Assembly: GCA_963674695.2 (NCBI GenBank)
Contig: CAXXGI010000003.1
Location: 864,001-928,000 of the forward strand
Source of the DNA: a bacterium
Lineage (GTDB): Bacteria > UBA10199 > 2-02-FULL-44-16 > JAAZCA01
Direction of reading: 5' to 3'
Length of the DNA stretch: 64,000 bases
In this document: piece by piece, positions 1 through 13,267 of the stretch
Numbering within the stretch: the stretch's first letter is position 1
How the letters are laid out: the number at the start of each line of letters is the position of its first letter
Translations under genes and position numbers: made by a program
The notes under the pieces: generated by a model
The model's input: only the letters and a program-made list of their open reading frames with translations
Told to the model about the DNA's origin: nothing
Databases searched by the model: none

Positions 1-3000
1 TATAATCGCCCTCATGCACCGAGATATGTTTACCGAGCGGCATGAGATATTCCTTCGGATCTCCAACTTCCGGCGTCACGACGACCGTACGCTTTCCCTT
101 CGCATCGTCGCCAAATGAAACCACACCGTCGATCTCGGAGATAACCGCGCAATCCTTCGGCTTGCGCGCCTCGAAGAGTTCCGCCACGCGTGGCAGACCA
201 CCGGTGATATCCTTGGTCTTGGTGGTTTCACGCGGAATCTTGGCGATGGCATCACCCGCTTTCACCTCATCCCCTTCGGCGCCAACGATATTGGCCCCCA
301 CCGGCATGAGATAGCGAGCATCACCACGTCCAGACGGTAGGACGAAGGTATTGCCCTGCGCATCCTTGACGGAAACACGCGGGCGCATATTCGGATCCTT
401 CGACGAAACGATCACCTTGCGCGACAGGCCGGTCACCTCATCGACCTGCTCATTCATCGTCAGTCCTTCGATGATATCGCCGAACTTCACGATACCGGAG
501 ACCTCGGTGAGGATCGGAACGGTGTAGGGATCCCACTCGGCGAGCATCTGCCCGGGTTTGACCTTGTCGCGTTCCTTCACGAGGAGGTAGGCACCGTAGG
601 TCAGCTTGTAGCGCTCGCGCTCACGGCCCGATTCATCGGAGATGATGATCGTACCGTTACGGTTCATGACGGTCGTACGACCATCCTTGTTGACCAGGTG
701 TTGGACGTTCTCGAATTTCACCACACCCTCATGCCGCGTTTCGATCGATGACTGCTCGACGCGCCGGGATGCGGTTCCACCGATGTGGAACGTACGCATC
801 GTCAGCTGGGTTCCTGGCTCACCGATCGACTGTGCAGCGATAACGCCGATGGCTTCGCCTTGGTTCACCAGATGTCCACGCGCAAGATCGCGACCATAGC
901 ACTTCGCACAGAGCCCATAGCGGCTCTTGCAGGTGAGCACCGAGCGGATGAGTACCTTCTCGAGACCGGAATCTTCGATGCGCGTCACGAGTTCTTCGTC
1001 GATTTCTCCACCTGCCGGAACGATCACCTCATCGGTGTAGGGATCGCGAATATCTTCGAGCGCCACACGGCCGAGGATACGATCGGCCAGCGGCTCGATC
1101 ACCTCTCCCCCTTCGACCAGCGCAGAAACGATCAGGCCGTCGAGTGTACCGCAGTCGACCTCGATGATCGTCGTATCCTGCGCCACGTCGACCAGACGAC
1201 GCGTGAGGTAACCGGAGTTTGCCGTCTTGAGCGCTGTATCCGCCAAACCCTTACGCGCACCGTGTGTGGAGATGAAGTACTGCAACACGTTGAGACCCTC
1301 GCGGAAGTTCGCCGTAATCGGCGTCTCGATGATCTCGCCGGAGGGCTTGGCCATGAGTCCGCGCATACCGGCCAGCTGACGCATCTGCTGGGCAGAACCA
1401 CGCGCACCGGAATCGGCCATGATAAAAATCGGGTTGAAACTGACCTGTTCGCGACGCTTGCCGTCGGAACAGTCCACCATCTGCGTGGACAACCCCTTGA
1501 CCATCTCGCCGGCGACAGCCTCGGTGCAGGCGGCCCAGATATCGACCACCTTGTTGTATTTCTCACCGGAAGTAATCAGACCCTCGGTATATTGATCCTC
1601 GACCTCGCGTACCTCTGCAAAAGCCTTCTCGAGCAGCTCGCCTTTTTTCTGCGGCACGACCATGTCGTCGATGCCGATGGAGATGCCGGCCTTGGTCGAA
1701 TACTCAAATCCGAGCGTCCGCAGATGATCGGCCAGCAGCACCGTCTCTTTATCCTTGCAGAGGCGATAGCACTGATCGATCAGATCAGCGATCGCCTTCT
1801 TGTCCATGACTTTATTGATGCTCTCATAATCGACCTGCTTCGGCATCACTTCATAGAGCAATACACGCCCAACCGTCGTATCTCGAATCGCGCCGTCCAA
1901 GCGAACCTTGATGTGGGCCTGCAGGTGGACCTGTTCCGCATCGTAGGCGATGCGCACTTCCTCGGGGCAAGAGAAGATCATGCCCTCACCCTTAGAAAAA
2001 CTGCGTTCACGCGTCATGTAATAGAGTCCCAGCACCATGTCCTGTGTCGGAACAATGATCGGCTTCCCGTTGGCTGGGGACAGGATGTTATTGGTTGAGA
2101 GCAACAGGACGCGTGCTTCCATCTGGGCTTCAACGGACAGCGGGACATGCACCGCCATCTGATCACCATCGAAGTCGGCATTGAATGCAGCGCAGACCAG
2201 AGGATGCAACTGGATGGCTTTTCCCTCGGTCAACACCGGCTCAAACGCCTGGATGCCAAGGCGATGCAACGTCGGCGCACGGTTGAGCATGACCGGATGT
2301 TCCTTGATCACCTCATCGAGCGCATCCCATACATCGGGCTCTTCGCGTTCGACCAGCCGCTTTGCACTCTTGATCGTTGCCGCCAACCCTCGTTCTTCCA
2401 GCTTATTATAGATGAAGGGCTTGAAGAGCTCCAAGGCCATGGTCTTGGGCAAACCGCACTGGTGGAGTTTGAGCTCCGGACCGACCACGATCACCGAACG
2501 ACCGGAATAGTCGACGCGTTTTCCCAATAGGTTTTGGCGAAAACGCCCCTGCTTCCCCTTGAGCATATCGGAAAGCGAGCGCAACGGCCGACGGTTCGGA
2601 CCCACAAACGGACGTCCACGACGGCCGTTATCGAAGAGGGCATCGACCGCCTCCTGCAGCATACGCTTCTCGTTGCGAATGATGATATCCGGCGCATTGA
2701 GTTCGATGAGTCGTTTGAGACGGTTGTTGCGATTGATGACGCGCCGATAGAGATCGTTGAGATCGGACGTCGCGAAGCGCCCGCCATCGAGCGGCACGAG
2801 CGGGCGCAGATCAGGTGGCAGAACCGGAATCACCTCGAGCATCATCCATTCGGGGTGATTGCCCGCATCGAGAAACTGTTCAACGAGCTTGAGCCGTTTA
2901 ACAAGCTTGGTCATCCCCGCAACGGACTTCGTCGTTTTCATATCCTTACGAAGACGTTTGGAAACTTCCTGCAGATCGATCTTCTTGAGCATCTCACGAA

Positions 3001-3550
3001 CGACCTGGCCACCCATGCCAACCGTGAAGGCCGGCCCAAACTCCTCGAGCGCCGCCTGATACTCTTCCTCGGAGATAATCTCTCCTTCAGCCAGCGTCGT
3101 GTTCCCAGGATCGCTCACCATGTGCGCTTCGCAGTAGAGCACCCGCTCGATATTCTTGAGCGAAACATTGAGCATAGTCGCAATCCGCGAAGGCAAGCTT
3201 TTGAGAAACCAGATATGCCCCACGGGTGTGGCGAGCTTGATGTGGCCCATGCGCTCGCGCCGCACCTTGCTCTGGATGACCTCAACGCCGCACTTTTCGC
3301 AGACGATACCCCGGTGCTTCATGCGCTTGTACTTGCCGCAATTACACTCATAATCCTTCACGGGGCCGAAGATCTTGGCGCAAAAGAGACCGTCGCGCTC
3401 CGGCTTGAAGGTGCGGTAGTTGATGGTCTCAGGCTTTTTCACTTCACCGTGCGACCACTGCATGACCTTTTCTGGGGAGGCGATTCTGATCTGCACCCCG
3501 TCGAAGCTCAGCGGATCCTTCGGCTTTTCGAAGAAATGATAGATATCCAT
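1..3550 (-). CDS. rpoC: RNA polymerase beta' subunit (3' part runs off the window)
   Basis: Manual translation from ATG at 3550: [13 protein letters not shown]...[25 protein letters not shown]...CGKYKR; NADFDGD motif at ~2160-2190; follows rpoB. Confidence 0.98.
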   Translation of the reverse strand, partial: MDIYHFFEKPKDPLSFDGVQIRIASPEKVMQWSHGEVKKPETINYRTFKPERDGLFCAKIFGPVKDYECNCGKYKRMKHRGIVCEKCGVEVIQSKVRRERMGHIKLATPVGHIWFLKSLPSRIATMLNVSLKNIERVLYCEAHMVSDPGNTTLAEGEIISEEEYQAALEEFGPAFTVGMGGQVVREMLKKIDLQEVSKRLRKDMKTTKSVAGMTKLVKRLKLVEQFLDAGNHPEWMMLEVIPVLPPDLRPLVPLDGGRFATSDLNDLYRRVINRNNRLKRLIELNAPDIIIRNEKRMLQEAVDALFDNGRRGRPFVGPNRRPLRSLSDMLKGKQGRFRQNLLGKRVDYSGRSVIVVGPELKLHQCGLPKTMALELFKPFIYNKLEERGLAATIKSAKRLVEREEPDVWDALDEVIKEHPVMLNRAPTLHRLGIQAFEPVLTEGKAIQLHPLVCAAFNADFDGDQMAVHVPLSVEAQMEARVLLLSTNNILSPANGKPIIVPTQDMVLGLYYMTRERSFSKGEGMIFSCPEEVRIAYDAEQVHLQAHIKVRLDGAIRDTTVGRVLLYEVMPKQVDYESINKVMDKKAIADLIDQCYRLCKDKETVLLADHLRTLGFEYSTKAGISIGIDDMVVPQKKGELLEKAFAEVREVEDQYTEGLITSGEKYNKVVDIWAACTEAVAGEMVKGLSTQMVDCSDGKRREQVSFNPIFIMADSGARGSAQQMRQLAGMRGLMAKPSGEIIETPITANFREGLNVLQYFISTHGARKGLADTALKTANSGYLTRRLVDVAQDTTIIEVDCGTLDGLIVSALVEGGEVIEPLADRILGRVALEDIRDPYTDEVIVPAGGEIDEELVTRIEDSGLEKVLIRSVLTCKSRYGLCAKCYGRDLARGHLVNQGEAIGVIAAQSIGEPGTQLTMRTFHIGGTASRRVEQSSIETRHEGVVKFENVQHLVNKDGRTTVMNRNGTIIISDESGRERERYKLTYGAYLLVKERDKVKPGQMLAEWDPYTVPILTEVSGIVKFGDIIEGLTMNEQVDEVTGLSRKVIVSSKDPNMRPRVSVKDAQGNTFVLPSGRGDARYLMPVGANIVGAEGDEVKAGDAIAKIPRETTKTKDITGGLPRVAELFEARKPKDCAVISEIDGVVSFGDDAKGKRTVVVTPEVGDPKEYLMPLGKHISVHEGDY

Positions 3551-3618
3551 GACACCCTTTCTTCATGCGATCGGCATATGCGCGATCGAAGCAAAGCGTT
3601 TATATCCGACCTTCTGCG

Positions 3619-6600
3619 CTATGATGCTCCCGGCTCCATCAGCGTGACATCGAGACAGAGCGCCTGCAGCTCCTTGATGAGCACGTTGAACGACTCCGGC
3701 AAGCCCGTCTCGAGCACTTTCTCGCCTTTGACGATCGCCTCGTACATGCGTGTACGTCCAACGACATCATCGGACTTCACGGTCAGGAATTCCTGCAACG
3801 CATAGGCCGCACCATACGCTTCCAAGGCCCAGACTTCCATCTCACCGAGACGCTGACCGCCGAACTGTGCTTTTCCTCCGAGCGGCTGCTGGGTGACCAG
3901 CGAATACGGCCCGATCGAACGAGCATGAATCTTCTCATCCACCAGATGGTGAAGCTTGAGCACGTACATCACCCCCACCGTCACCGGCGAATCGAACGCT
4001 TCGCCCGTGTGGCCATTGAAGAGCACCGTCTGGCCGCCACGCGATGCATGCGCCTGCTCGAGCATATCGCGAATCTCTTCCTCCGATGCGCCATCGAAGA
4101 CCGGCGTCGTCATCGGCACGCCACCACGCAGCTTGCCGACCATCTCACAGATCTGCTTCTCCGTTGCCTTCTCCAAGAAAGCATCGACCGCTGGAGAATG
4201 GTATACCGCCTGAAGTGATTTTTTGAGTTCTTCCTTGGAATAATTCTTTTCGATGTACGCCTGAAGCTGTTCGCCGAGCGACTTCGCGGCCCACCCGAGA
4301 TGGGTCTCGAGAATCTGTCCGACGTTCATGCGCGACGGCACGCCGAGCGGATTGAGCACGACATCGACCGGGCGACCATCAGCCATGTAGGGCATGTCCG
4401 CTTCCGGAAGAATCCGGGAGATGACGCCCTTGTTCCCATGCCGACCGGCCATCTTATCGCCGACAGAGAGTTTGCGCTTAATCGCGATAAAAACCTTCAC
4501 CATCTTGATGACGCCCGGAGGGAGTTCATCCCCCTTCGTCAACCGATGGACCTTCTGGTCATAGACCATACGGACGAGGTCTTCCTGCTCCTCGACGCTC
4601 TCGAAAACCTCGGCAAGCTGCGTCTCGATCTCATCGCCACCCTCGACCGAAATCTCGGACCACTTCGGAAAGGGCATCTTGGCCAGCGCCTCTTCGGTGA
4701 GCGTCTTGCCCTTGGGCAACAACACCGTCTCCTCGGAAGCATCCATCACCTTTGAAGTCGTCGTGCGCCCAACCAGGAGCGTTTTCAACCGTTTGGCCGC
4801 TGTCTCGCGAATACCGCGAATCTCAGCCTCGAGATCCTTGCCGATTTTTTGTTTTTCATCGTCCTGGATCTCTTTGGCACGCTCATCGAGCTCCACGCCT
4901 TCACGCGAGAAGACCTGCGCACCGATGATCACCCCACTGACTCCCGGGGGAACGCGCAGGCTCGTGTCCTTCACATCGCCCGCCTTCTCACCGAAGATAG
5001 CCCGCAACAGGCGTTCTTCCGGAGAAAGCTGCGTCTCGCCCTTCGGCGTCACCTTACCCACCAGGATATCGCCGGATTTCACCTCGGCGCCGATGCGAAT
5101 AATGCCCGCTTCATCCAGATCACGCAGCGCTTCCTCGCCGACGTTCGGAATGTCGCGCGTGATGTCCTCTTTTCCCAACTTCGTGTCGCGAGCGGCACAC
5201 TCGAAGTCTTCGATATGAACGGAGGTGAAGGAATCGTCCTTGAGCACGCGTTCGCTGATAAGGATGGAATCCTCATAGTTGTAACCACCCCACGGCATGA
5301 ATGCGACCACCACGTTCTGCCCGAGGGCAAGCTCACCCTCCTCCGTCGCCGGACCGTCGGCGATGACATCGCCGGCCCTCACTCGATCGCCCTTGTCGAC
5401 GATGGGCTTCTGATTGATGCAGGTACTTTGGTTCGACCGACGATACTTCGTCAGGTTGTAGATATCGACATCCGAGCTGAACTTCTTGCGCTCGCTCTTA
5501 TCGGCACGCACCACGATTCGATTGGCATCCACTTCCGTCACCATGCCGTCGCGTTTGGCCACGACCGTCACGCCCGAATCGCGTGCCACCAGGGCTTCGA
5601 CCCCTGTACCGACGATCGGAGCAGACGTCCGTAACAACGGAACGGCCTGGCGTTGCATGTTCGATCCCATCAGCGCGCGGTTGGCATCATCGTGTTCGAG
5701 AAAGGGGATGAGCGCCGCGGAGACCGAGACGAGCTGCTGAGGAGAAACGTCCATCAGCTGAACATCGTCAGCCGCTGCCAGCGTAAACTCGCCATGCAAG
5801 CGACTCTGTACCGTATCGTTCGCCAACGACCCCTTGCGATCGATCTGGGCGTTCGCCTGCGCAATCACGGTATCGGCTTCCTGCAGCGCCGAACAGTAGC
5901 GCACGTCATCGGTCACCTTGAGCTTATTGACCGAGCGATAGGGCGTTTCGATAAATCCATAATCGTTGACGCGTGCAAACATCGACAGCGATGCGATGAG
6001 ACCGATGTTCGGACCTTCCGGCGTTTCAATCGGGCAGATGCGACCGTAGTGCGTCGGGTGCACATCGCGCACCTCAAAACCAGCACGCTCACGTGTCAGC
6101 CCCCCTGGCCCCAATGCCGACAGACGACGTTTATGCGTCACCTCAGAGAGCGGATTGGTCTGGTCCATAAACTGCGAGAGCTGGCTGGAACCAAAGAACT
6201 CCTTGATCACCGCCTGCACCGGCTTCGGATTGATGAGATCGTGCGGCATGAGGGTTTCCACATCCTGAAGGCTCATGCGCTCGCGGATAGCCCGCTCCAT
6301 ACGTACCAGACCAACGCGATACTGATTCTCGAGCAACTCGCCCACGGAACGGACACGCCGGTTTCCAAGGTGATCGATGTCGTCGATCTCTCCCTCGCCG
6401 TCCTTGAGTCCGATCAGGTAGCGCGCCGCCTCGAGGATATCTTCTTTACGCAGCGTTCCCACTTCGAGGGGGACATCAAACCCAAACTTAAAGTTGAGCT
6501 TCAGCCGGCCAACCTTCGACAGATCATAGCGCTCAGGATTGAAGAAGAGATTTTCGAAGAGCGCCATCGCCGCCTCAGGCGTCGAGGGATCGCCGGGGCG

Positions 6601-7731
6601 AAGCCTCCGGTAGATCTCGAGTTTGGCTTCCTCAGACGTGGAGACCTTGTCGACCAGGAGCGTATTGCGCAGATAGGGGCCGATATTGAGGTCATCGATA
6701 TAGAGGAGCGGAAAGGATTTGAGTTTGCGATCCTGAATCTCCTGCAACTCTTTTTCCGTGAGCACCTCATTGACCCCGAGGACCACTTCGCCCGTACTGG
6801 GATCGATGACATCGCGCGCGGCGATACGACCGAGCATATCCTCGGCATCAAGCGGAATACGCATGCCCTTGATCGCCGCCAATTTTTCGAGCACGGAGCG
6901 CGTGTAACGCTTCCCTTTCTTGACGATCGTCTCCCCCGTCTTGGGATGCTTCACATCCTTCGAGGCACGCTGATGGCGGAGCAGATCCGGCACCAACTCT
7001 TTCTCGAAGCGACCACGGCCCAGATAGTGCACCGTCTCGCTCTGGTAATACATATTGAGCAGCTCTTCGGCCGAATACCCCAACGCCCGCAACAGGATCG
7101 TCGCCGGCATTTTGCGCCGCCGATCGATGCGCACATGCATAATATCCTTCGCATCGAACTCGAAGTCGAGCCAAGCGCCACGATAGGGGATCATGCGTGC
7201 TGAGAAGAGAAGTTTTCCCGATGAGTGCGTCTTGCCCTTGTCGTGCTCAAAGAAGACGCCGGGGCTGCGATGCAGCTGTGAAACGATGACGCGCTCGGTT
7301 CCATTGATGATGAAGGTTCCGAAGTCGGTCATGAGCGGCACTTCGCCGAAATAGACCTCCTGCTCCTTCACGTCGCGAATCGACTGAGCTCCGGTCGCTT
7401 CGTCGACATCCCAAACGACCAGACGAACCAGCACCCGCATCGGGGCCGAATACGTCATGCCACGATTGCGACATTCCTCTTGATCATAGCGCGGCTTGTC
7501 GAGCGCGTACTGCACAAACTCCAAGGAGGCCGTCTGGTTGAAACCCTTGATCGGGAAGACGCTCTTGAAGACACCCTGCAGTCCGATATCCTGCCGCTGT
7601 TCCGGCGGCACATCCGACTGCAAGAACTGCAGAAAGGACTTCTGCTGAATCTCGATCAACGACGGAATAGGGATAACGTGATGAACCTTTGAAAAATCCT
7701 TACGGATGCGACGTACAGGGCTGGTGGCCAT
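3619..7731 (-). CDS. rpoB: RNA polymerase beta subunit
   Basis: Motifs [47 protein letters not shown]; start set at MATSPV after GGAG RBS. Confidence 0.99.
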   Translation of the reverse strand: MATSPVRRIRKDFSKVHHVIPIPSLIEIQQKSFLQFLQSDVPPEQRQDIGLQGVFKSVFPIKGFNQTASLEFVQYALDKPRYDQEECRNRGMTYSAPMRVLVRLVVWDVDEATGAQSIRDVKEQEVYFGEVPLMTDFGTFIINGTERVIVSQLHRSPGVFFEHDKGKTHSSGKLLFSARMIPYRGAWLDFEFDAKDIMHVRIDRRRKMPATILLRALGYSAEELLNMYYQSETVHYLGRGRFEKELVPDLLRHQRASKDVKHPKTGETIVKKGKRYTRSVLEKLAAIKGMRIPLDAEDMLGRIAARDVIDPSTGEVVLGVNEVLTEKELQEIQDRKLKSFPLLYIDDLNIGPYLRNTLLVDKVSTSEEAKLEIYRRLRPGDPSTPEAAMALFENLFFNPERYDLSKVGRLKLNFKFGFDVPLEVGTLRKEDILEAARYLIGLKDGEGEIDDIDHLGNRRVRSVGELLENQYRVGLVRMERAIRERMSLQDVETLMPHDLINPKPVQAVIKEFFGSSQLSQFMDQTNPLSEVTHKRRLSALGPGGLTRERAGFEVRDVHPTHYGRICPIETPEGPNIGLIASLSMFARVNDYGFIETPYRSVNKLKVTDDVRYCSALQEADTVIAQANAQIDRKGSLANDTVQSRLHGEFTLAAADDVQLMDVSPQQLVSVSAALIPFLEHDDANRALMGSNMQRQAVPLLRTSAPIVGTGVEALVARDSGVTVVAKRDGMVTEVDANRIVVRADKSERKKFSSDVDIYNLTKYRRSNQSTCINQKPIVDKGDRVRAGDVIADGPATEEGELALGQNVVVAFMPWGGYNYEDSILISERVLKDDSFTSVHIEDFECAARDTKLGKEDITRDIPNVGEEALRDLDEAGIIRIGAEVKSGDILVGKVTPKGETQLSPEERLLRAIFGEKAGDVKDTSLRVPPGVSGVIIGAQVFSREGVELDERAKEIQDDEKQKIGKDLEAEIRGIRETAAKRLKTLLVGRTTTSKVMDASEETVLLPKGKTLTEEALAKMPFPKWSEISVEGGDEIETQLAEVFESVEEQEDLVRMVYDQKVHRLTKGDELPPGVIKMVKVFIAIKRKLSVGDKMAGRHGNKGVISRILPEADMPYMADGRPVDVVLNPLGVPSRMNVGQILETHLGWAAKSLGEQLQAYIEKNYSKEELKKSLQAVYHSPAVDAFLEKATEKQICEMVGKLRGGVPMTTPVFDGASEEEIRDMLEQAHASRGGQTVLFNGHTGEAFDSPVTVGVMYVLKLHHLVDEKIHARSIGPYSLVTQQPLGGKAQFGGQRLGEMEVWALEAYGAAYALQEFLTVKSDDVVGRTRMYEAIVKGEKVLETGLPESFNVLIKELQALCLDVTLMEPGAS

Positions 7732-7762
7732 AGTAACTCCTTGGCAAAGAGAAATAGACATA

Positions 7763-7845
7763 CAGATACACGAAGCAGGATGCAGGAGGCACGACGGTAA
7801 AGCCGTACCTCCTGCCATACTTCATGCATCACACATCACCTGTCG
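7763..7845. repeat. Degenerate 7-mer repeat hairpin in rplL-rpoB spacer
   Basis: CACGAAG CAGGATG CAGGAGG CACGACG followed by partly complementary CCTCCTG...CTTCATG. Confidence 0.4.
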
Positions 7846-7869
7846 GCCCGACGACAATAGGGGCCTCGA

Positions 7870-8244
7870 TTACTTGATCTCGACTTTGGCGCCCGCAGCC
7901 TCGAGTTTTTTCTTCACCTCGTCGGCCTCTTCCTTCGTCACGGCTTCCTTCACGGCCTTCGGCGCGGCCTCGACCAGATCCTTGGCTTCTTTCAGCCCCA
8001 GGCTCGTAATCGCGCGGACTTCCTTGATCACATTGATTTTGTTTGCACCGATATCGGCGAGGATGACGTCGAATTCCGTCTTTTCTTCGGCCGCCTCAGC
8101 ACCTGGGCCTGCCGCTGCGATCGCAACCGGCGCAGCCGCGGAGACACCAAAGGTGTCCTCGAGCTCCTTGACGAGCTCGGAGACCTCGATGAGCGTCATA
8201 CCCTTGAGGGCTTCTACGATTTCCTGCTTGCCAACTGTAGCCAT
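7870..8244 (-). CDS. rplL: 50S ribosomal protein L7/L12
   Basis: [34 protein letters not shown]. Confidence 0.99.
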   Translation of the reverse strand: MATVGKQEIVEALKGMTLIEVSELVKELEDTFGVSAAAPVAIAAAGPGAEAAEEKTEFDVILADIGANKINVIKEVRAITSLGLKEAKDLVEAAPKAVKEAVTKEEADEVKKKLEAAGAKVEIK

Positions 8245-8356
8245 GTTCTGCCTCCTGTTTTGCGCCCCACAGGCACCTCGTATCGAACCCGGTACGCGTG
8301 CGTGGACCCCGCCGATTCCGACGGGAATTAAGCGCCCTTCCCTGTTTCAGGGTTGA

Positions 8357-8872
8357 TTATTGTTTGGTGTCCTTGATCGCGTTGAGTGCATACACGAGCT
8401 TCCGTGGAATCGCCGCCAGTACCGCCGCCATGTTCGTCGCCGGAGCATTCATGGATGCCAGCGCACGCGACAAAAGTTCCTCACGCGACGGCATCATGGA
8501 AAGTTGCTCCACGTCCTTGGCCATCAGGACGGCGCCATCCATAAACCCGCCCTTGATCTCGAGTTTGTCATGGTCTTTGGCAAAACTGACGAGCACCTTT
8601 GCTGGAACGATCGGGTCGACATCGGATGAAGCCAACGCCGTCGGCCCCGTAAAATACTCCGAAAGGTTCTCAAGCCCCAGATCCTTGAGCGCACGTTTCA
8701 TGAGGCGGTTTTTGACCACCTTCATCCGCCCATCGTCCTGACGAAGCTTCGAACGAAGCTCGTTCATCTCTGAAACTTTGAGCCCGCGATAATCCGCAAA
8801 GATAAATGCCTTGGCGCTTTCCAGGCGTTCCTTCAACGACTTGACCTCTTCGACCTTATCCGTACGCTTCAC
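8357..8872 (-). CDS. rplJ: 50S ribosomal protein L10
   Basis: ADYRGLKV, KVVKNRL, FTGPTA, MPSREELL; GTG start after AAGGAGG. Confidence 0.98.
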   Translation of the reverse strand: MKRTDKVEEVKSLKERLESAKAFIFADYRGLKVSEMNELRSKLRQDDGRMKVVKNRLMKRALKDLGLENLSEYFTGPTALASSDVDPIVPAKVLVSFAKDHDKLEIKGGFMDGAVLMAKDVEQLSMMPSREELLSRALASMNAPATNMAAVLAAIPRKLVYALNAIKDTKQ

Positions 8873-8930
8873 AATATCCTCCTTAAGCGTTCACTTGCTA
8901 TTCGATCATGAGAGAAACGCATCGCCACCG

Positions 8931-9620
8931 TCAGAGCGCCGATACATCCACACGAATGCCCGGCGTCATCGTTGCCGAGATCGCCATCGCACGAAGATAA
9001 ACGCCCTTCGACGCGGACGGTTTGGCTTTTTTCAGCGCATCCAGAAGCGCCCTGATATTATCTCTGAGCTTTTCCGCACCGAACGACCGTTTTCCCACCG
9101 GGGCATGCACGATGGCAGCCTTGTCGATGCGAAACTCGACCTTTCCCGCCTTCTGCTCAGAAACCGCCTTCGCAACATCCATAGTCACCGTTCCGAGCTT
9201 CGGATTCGGCATGAGACCGCGGGGGCCAAGCACCTTTCCCAGCCGCCCCACCACACCCATCATGTCCGGCGTCGCGATGGCCTTGTCAAAATCATACCAG
9301 CCGCCCTGGATCTTCTCCGCCAGGTCATCCGCGCCGACCACATCAGCTCCTGCATCCTCAGCCTCTTTCGCCTTGTCCCCTTTGGCGAAGACCGCCACGC
9401 GCACCTTTTTGCCGATGCCGTGCGGAAGCGAAACCGCACCGCGAACCATCTGGTCGGTTTGGCGCGCATCGATGCCGAGCCGAACGGCGACATCGACCGT
9501 CTCATCGAACTTGGCTTTCCCAAATCCTTCGAGAATCGACAGCGCCTCATCGAGGCTACAGCGTTTTTCCGAATCGACCTTCTTCCGATCCACCTTGTAG
9601 CGTTTTCCATTCCTGGACAT
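8931..9620 (-). CDS. rplA: 50S ribosomal protein L1
   Basis: [22 protein letters not shown]. Confidence 0.99.
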   Translation of the reverse strand: MSRNGKRYKVDRKKVDSEKRCSLDEALSILEGFGKAKFDETVDVAVRLGIDARQTDQMVRGAVSLPHGIGKKVRVAVFAKGDKAKEAEDAGADVVGADDLAEKIQGGWYDFDKAIATPDMMGVVGRLGKVLGPRGLMPNPKLGTVTMDVAKAVSEQKAGKVEFRIDKAAIVHAPVGKRSFGAEKLRDNIRALLDALKKAKPSASKGVYLRAMAISATMTPGIRVDVSAL

Positions 9621-9698
9621 AGTGTACCTCCTGTTGTCCGAGCGCCTCGATGAGATCGAAGCTCCAACAGTTTGTATCGCCCGAATGACGAGCGTTCG

Positions 9699-10124
9699 TT
9701 ATCCTACGACTTCCAGACCCATGTTCCGCGCCGTGCCCTCAACCGTGCGCATCGCTGATTCGATATTGTCGGTGTTGAGATCCGGGAGCTTGATCTTGGC
9801 GATCTCCTCGACCTGTGCGCGCGTCACCTTGCCCACCTTCTGCTTATTCGGAACGCCGGAACCCTTCTCGACGTTGGCCGCCTTCTTGAGCAGCACTGCT
9901 GCCGGAGGCGTCTTCAGGATAAAGGAGAAAGAACGATCCTGATAGACGGTGATGATCACCGGAATGATCATGCCGGGCTGTTTCTGCGTCTTGGCGTTGA
10001 ACTGTTTGCAGAAGTCCATAATATTGACGCCATGCTGACCGAGCGCCGGTCCCACGGGCGGAGCGGGATTGGCCTGTCCCGCCGGGCACTGCAACTTGAT
10101 TTGGGCCATCACTTTCTTTGCCAT
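9699..10124 (-). CDS. rplK: 50S ribosomal protein L11
   Basis: [26 protein letters not shown]. Confidence 0.99.
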   Translation of the reverse strand: MAKKVMAQIKLQCPAGQANPAPPVGPALGQHGVNIMDFCKQFNAKTQKQPGMIIPVIITVYQDRSFSFILKTPPAAVLLKKAANVEKGSGVPNKQKVGKVTRAQVEEIAKIKLPDLNTDNIESAMRTVEGTARNMGLEVVG

Positions 10125-10198
10125 AACATCCTTCTTTCATCAGGAACGTGCAGAAGCGCGATCGCAAAAATGCACAATCGCGCCACCGCACGAAGAGT

Positions 10199-10732
10199 TC
10201 AAGTCGCCTTCTCCACCTGGGTAAAATCCAATTCAATCGGCGTCGATCGACCGAAAATGCTTACCATAACGCGAAGTTTTCCTTTTCCCTCAAAGACCTC
10301 ATCAACAATTCCGGCAAAGGTATTGAACGGCCCGCTGATCACGCGCACATTCTCACCCTTATCAAACTCGACCTTCGGCTTCGGCTGAAGCGTACCCTCT
10401 TCGATCTGGCTGGTGATCCGATTCACCTCTTCGTCCGGAACGACCGGAGGGGTCTGGGAACCACCGACAAAACCCGTCACCTTCGGCGTTCCTTTGACAA
10501 TATGCCAGGTCGCTTCGTTGAGTTCCATGCGCACCAACATATAACCGGGAAAAAACTGTCGCTTCGAGGTCTTCTTCACGCCCTTCTTCACCTCGACGAC
10601 GTTCTCCTGCGGCACCAGAACATCTTCGAAGAGATGCTCCATCTGATGCTGCTTGATGCGCTCTTCGAGAGCCTTCTTCGCTTTTTGCTCATACCCTGAA
10701 TAGGTATGGACGACGTACCAATGCTGTGCCAT
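10199..10732 (-). CDS. nusG: Transcription factor NusG
   Basis: WYVVHTYSGYE, FFPGY, KOW motif GPFNTFAG, IFGRSTPIELDF. Confidence 0.98.
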   Translation of the reverse strand: MAQHWYVVHTYSGYEQKAKKALEERIKQHQMEHLFEDVLVPQENVVEVKKGVKKTSKRQFFPGYMLVRMELNEATWHIVKGTPKVTGFVGGSQTPPVVPDEEVNRITSQIEEGTLQPKPKVEFDKGENVRVISGPFNTFAGIVDEVFEGKGKLRVMVSIFGRSTPIELDFTQVEKAT

Positions 10733-10774
10733 ATCGTCCCGTCCTTCGCGCCCAGTTCGCTGCCCTTCCACTCA

Positions 10775-11149
10775 TCATGAGTAGAAGATCTTAATGATAG
10801 AACCCCAGAGCGTATCGAAGAGAAAAAGGATAACCGCGCAAATACCGACGAGGATAGACACCACGCCCGTTGAAAGCACCGTTTCCTTTCGGTTCGGCCA
10901 AACCACCTTCGACAATTCACCGATCACTTCACTGATAAAGAGGTTCACCCGCTGATTCTTCACCAGCACGATGAATGCCGCCAATCCCGCGAGGACAGCG
11001 ATGACATCCGGCGGCGACACGATCCATCCCGTCGGCAGGGGAAGGTGGGCGACAACCCAAACCGTCGCCAGGACCTCGCGCATCAGCAGCCAGACCAAAA
11101 AACCACATGCGAGAAAAATAAGGCTAATCGCTTTTTTATTCCGCTGCAT
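10775..11149 (-). CDS. secE: Preprotein translocase SecE (long form)
   Basis: EVIGELSKVVWPNRKE plus C-terminal TM; between tRNA-Trp and nusG. Confidence 0.93.
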   Translation of the reverse strand: MQRNKKAISLIFLACGFLVWLLMREVLATVWVVAHLPLPTGWIVSPPDVIAVLAGLAAFIVLVKNQRVNLFISEVIGELSKVVWPNRKETVLSTGVVSILVGICAVILFLFDTLWGSIIKIFYS

Positions 11150-11239
11150 CCTGCCACCCTTCGCCCGGAGATTCGCCGGGATCCACTCGTGTCCATTCAC
11201 CCATCATCGGCAATACCTGCACGCGCCGTTCCTGCATTG

Positions 11240-11312
11240 CAGGGGAGACAGGAATCGAACCTGCAACCCCCGGTTTTGGAGACCGGTGCTCTGCCAATTG
11301 AGCTACTCCCCT
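11240..11312 (-). tRNA. tRNA-Trp(CCA)
   Basis: AGGGGAGTAGCTCAATTGG...CTCCAAA...GGTTCGATTCC cloverleaf; 3' CCA not encoded. Confidence 0.97.
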
Positions 11313-11466
11313 TAAGTGATGCGACGTGAGGGAACATACACCCTGCACACGTGCATCGTTTCGTAATCCAAAGAGCCGAAAGCCGTTCTCCTGCAAGCGC
11401 GACCACCCACCACACACATCGTCATCGGGCGGACACGAGCCCCAAACACACGACGATAGCACCGCG

Positions 11467-11616
11467 CTACTTCGTCTCGCGATGCGCCGTGTGTTTACGG
11501 CAAAACGGACAGTATTTTTTGAACTCGAGGCGATCAGGTGTCTTCTGCTTATTCTTCGTCGTCGAATAGTTCCGACGTTTGCAGTCCTGACAAGCCAGAT
11601 GAATGATAACTCTCAT
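11467..11616 (-). CDS. rpmG: 50S ribosomal protein L33 (zinc-binding form)
   Basis: [17 protein letters not shown]...[15 protein letters not shown]. Confidence 0.97.
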   Translation of the reverse strand: MRVIIHLACQDCKRRNYSTTKNKQKTPDRLEFKKYCPFCRKHTAHRETK

Positions 11617-11694
11617 GTTGAACCCTTTTCTTTCCTCTTCGAAACACGACTCAAGAAGCACGTTCAGCGACAGCTTCCCGTTTCCCGTCTCACG

Positions 11695-12885
11695 TTACTC
11701 GACGACTTCGGTCACAACGCCGGCACCCACCGTGCGGCCACCTTCACGAACCGCGAACCGAAGTTCCTTCTCCATCGCGATCGGCGTGATCAGCTCGATC
11801 TCCGCCGTCACGTTGTCGCCCGGCATCACCATCTCGACGTTCTCAGGCAACTTCAGAATGCCCGTCACGTCCGTCGTCCGGAAATAAAACTGCGGACGAT
11901 ATCCCTTGAAAAATGGCGTGTGTCGTCCACCCTCTTCCTTCGTCAACACGTAGACCTCAGCCTTGAACTTCTTGTGCGGAAGAATCGAACCCGGAACTGC
12001 GACCACCTGCCCGCGCTCCACATCCTCACGCTTCGTGCCACGAAGCAAGAGCCCCACGTTGTCGCCCGCGCGACCTTCATCCAGAATCTTCCGGAACATC
12101 TCCACGCCCGTCACGACCGTCTTCTGCGTATCCTTCAGACCGATGATCTCCATTTCCTGGCCCGTCTTGATGATGCCGCGCTCCACACGACCGGTCACCA
12201 CCGTGCCGCGACCGGAGATGCTGAAGACGTCTTCGATCGGCATCAGGAACGGCTTGTCGATCGGACGCTCCGGCTCCGGAATGTATTCGTCGACTGCATC
12301 CAGCAACTTCTGGATCGACTCAAATCCCTGCTCGCCGGCATCGCCGTTCATCGCCTTGAGCGCCGAACCGCGAATGATGGGAATATCGTCACCCGGATAC
12401 TCGTACCGGGAGAGCAGCTCGCGAACTTCCAACTCCACCAGGTCAAGCAGTTCCGGATCGTCGACCTGATCCACCTTGTTCATATAGACCACGATCCGAG
12501 GAACGCCGACCTGGCGCGCCAACAGGATGTGCTCGCGCGTCTGCGGCATCGGACCATCCGCTGCGGAAACCACCAGGATCGCGCCGTCCATCTGCGCGGC
12601 TCCCGTGATCATATTCTTCACGTAGTCAGCATGGCCCGGACAATCCACGTGTGCATAGTGACGCTTGTCCGTCTCATACTCGACGTGCGCCGTCGCAATC
12701 GTGATGCCACGCTCCTTCTCTTCAGGCGCCTTGTCGATCTGGTCGAAATCCATCTTCTCGGCCTGACCCTTGCTCGCCTGATACATGGTCATCGCACTGG
12801 TCAACGTCGTCTTGCCGTGATCCACGTGACCGATGGTTCCCACGTTTACGTGCGGCTTTGTCCGTTCAAATTTCGCTTTCGCCAT
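11695..12885 (-). CDS. tuf: Elongation factor Tu
   Basis: [23 protein letters not shown]. Confidence 0.99.
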   Translation of the reverse strand: MAKAKFERTKPHVNVGTIGHVDHGKTTLTSAMTMYQASKGQAEKMDFDQIDKAPEEKERGITIATAHVEYETDKRHYAHVDCPGHADYVKNMITGAAQMDGAILVVSAADGPMPQTREHILLARQVGVPRIVVYMNKVDQVDDPELLDLVELEVRELLSRYEYPGDDIPIIRGSALKAMNGDAGEQGFESIQKLLDAVDEYIPEPERPIDKPFLMPIEDVFSISGRGTVVTGRVERGIIKTGQEMEIIGLKDTQKTVVTGVEMFRKILDEGRAGDNVGLLLRGTKREDVERGQVVAVPGSILPHKKFKAEVYVLTKEEGGRHTPFFKGYRPQFYFRTTDVTGILKLPENVEMVMPGDNVTAEIELITPIAMEKELRFAVREGGRTVGAGVVTEVVE

Positions 12886-12903
12886 GGCCTGCCTCCCCTG
12901 AGT

Positions 12904-13016
12904 ACAGTTGAAAGTGTAAAGTTTACAGTTGAAAGGAAAAACAAAGCCCTTTCAGTTCTTCTCATCTCCACCCAACGTCCTCTTGCTCTTCCTTTCAACT
13001 TCGAACTTCAAACTGT
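12904..13016. repeat. Heptamer-repeat hairpin between tRNA-Thr(GGT) and tuf
   Basis: Left ACAGTTGAA AGTGTAA AGTTTAC AGTTGAA AGGAA; right TTCCT TTCAACT TCGAACT TCAAACT GT. Confidence 0.88.
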
Positions 13017-13023
13017 TCTTCTG

Positions 13024-13096
13024 AGCCGAGGATGGGAATCGAACCCACGACCTCATGCTTACCATGCATGTGCTCTACCGACTGAGCTACCTCGGC
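13024..13096 (-). tRNA. tRNA-Thr(GGT)
   Basis: GCCGAGGTAGCTCAGTCGG...CATGC ATGGTAA GCATG...GGTTCGATTCC. Confidence 0.96.
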
Positions 13097-13103
13097 GTAA
13101 CTT

Positions 13104-13182
13104 CAGTTGAAAGTTTAACGTTCAAAGTTGAAAGGTTTTATTCGGCTCATCCTTTTCACTTTCAACTTTGAACTTTCAACTG
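13104..13182. repeat. Heptamer-repeat hairpin between tRNA-Gly and tRNA-Thr
   Basis: CAGTTGAA AGTTTAA CGTTCAA AGTTGAA AGG ... CCT TTTCACT TTCAACT TTGAACT TTCAACT G. Confidence 0.9.
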
Positions 13183-13190
13183 TCTTCCGG

Positions 13191-13262
13191 AGCGGGAGAC
13201 GGGTTTCGAACCCGCGACCCTCAGCTTGGAAGGCTGATGCTCTACCGCTGAGCTACTCCCGC
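13191..13262 (-). tRNA. tRNA-Gly(TCC)
   Basis: GCGGGAGTAGCTCAGCGG...CTTCCAA...GGTTCGAAACC. Confidence 0.96.
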
Positions 13263-13267
13263 TTAAG

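Noticed and set aside
785-13110. Long plus-strand ORFs (785-2098, 2534-3805, 5653-7203, 11326-13110)
   Set aside because: Antisense shadows of rpoC, rpoB and tuf caused by GC-rich codon bias
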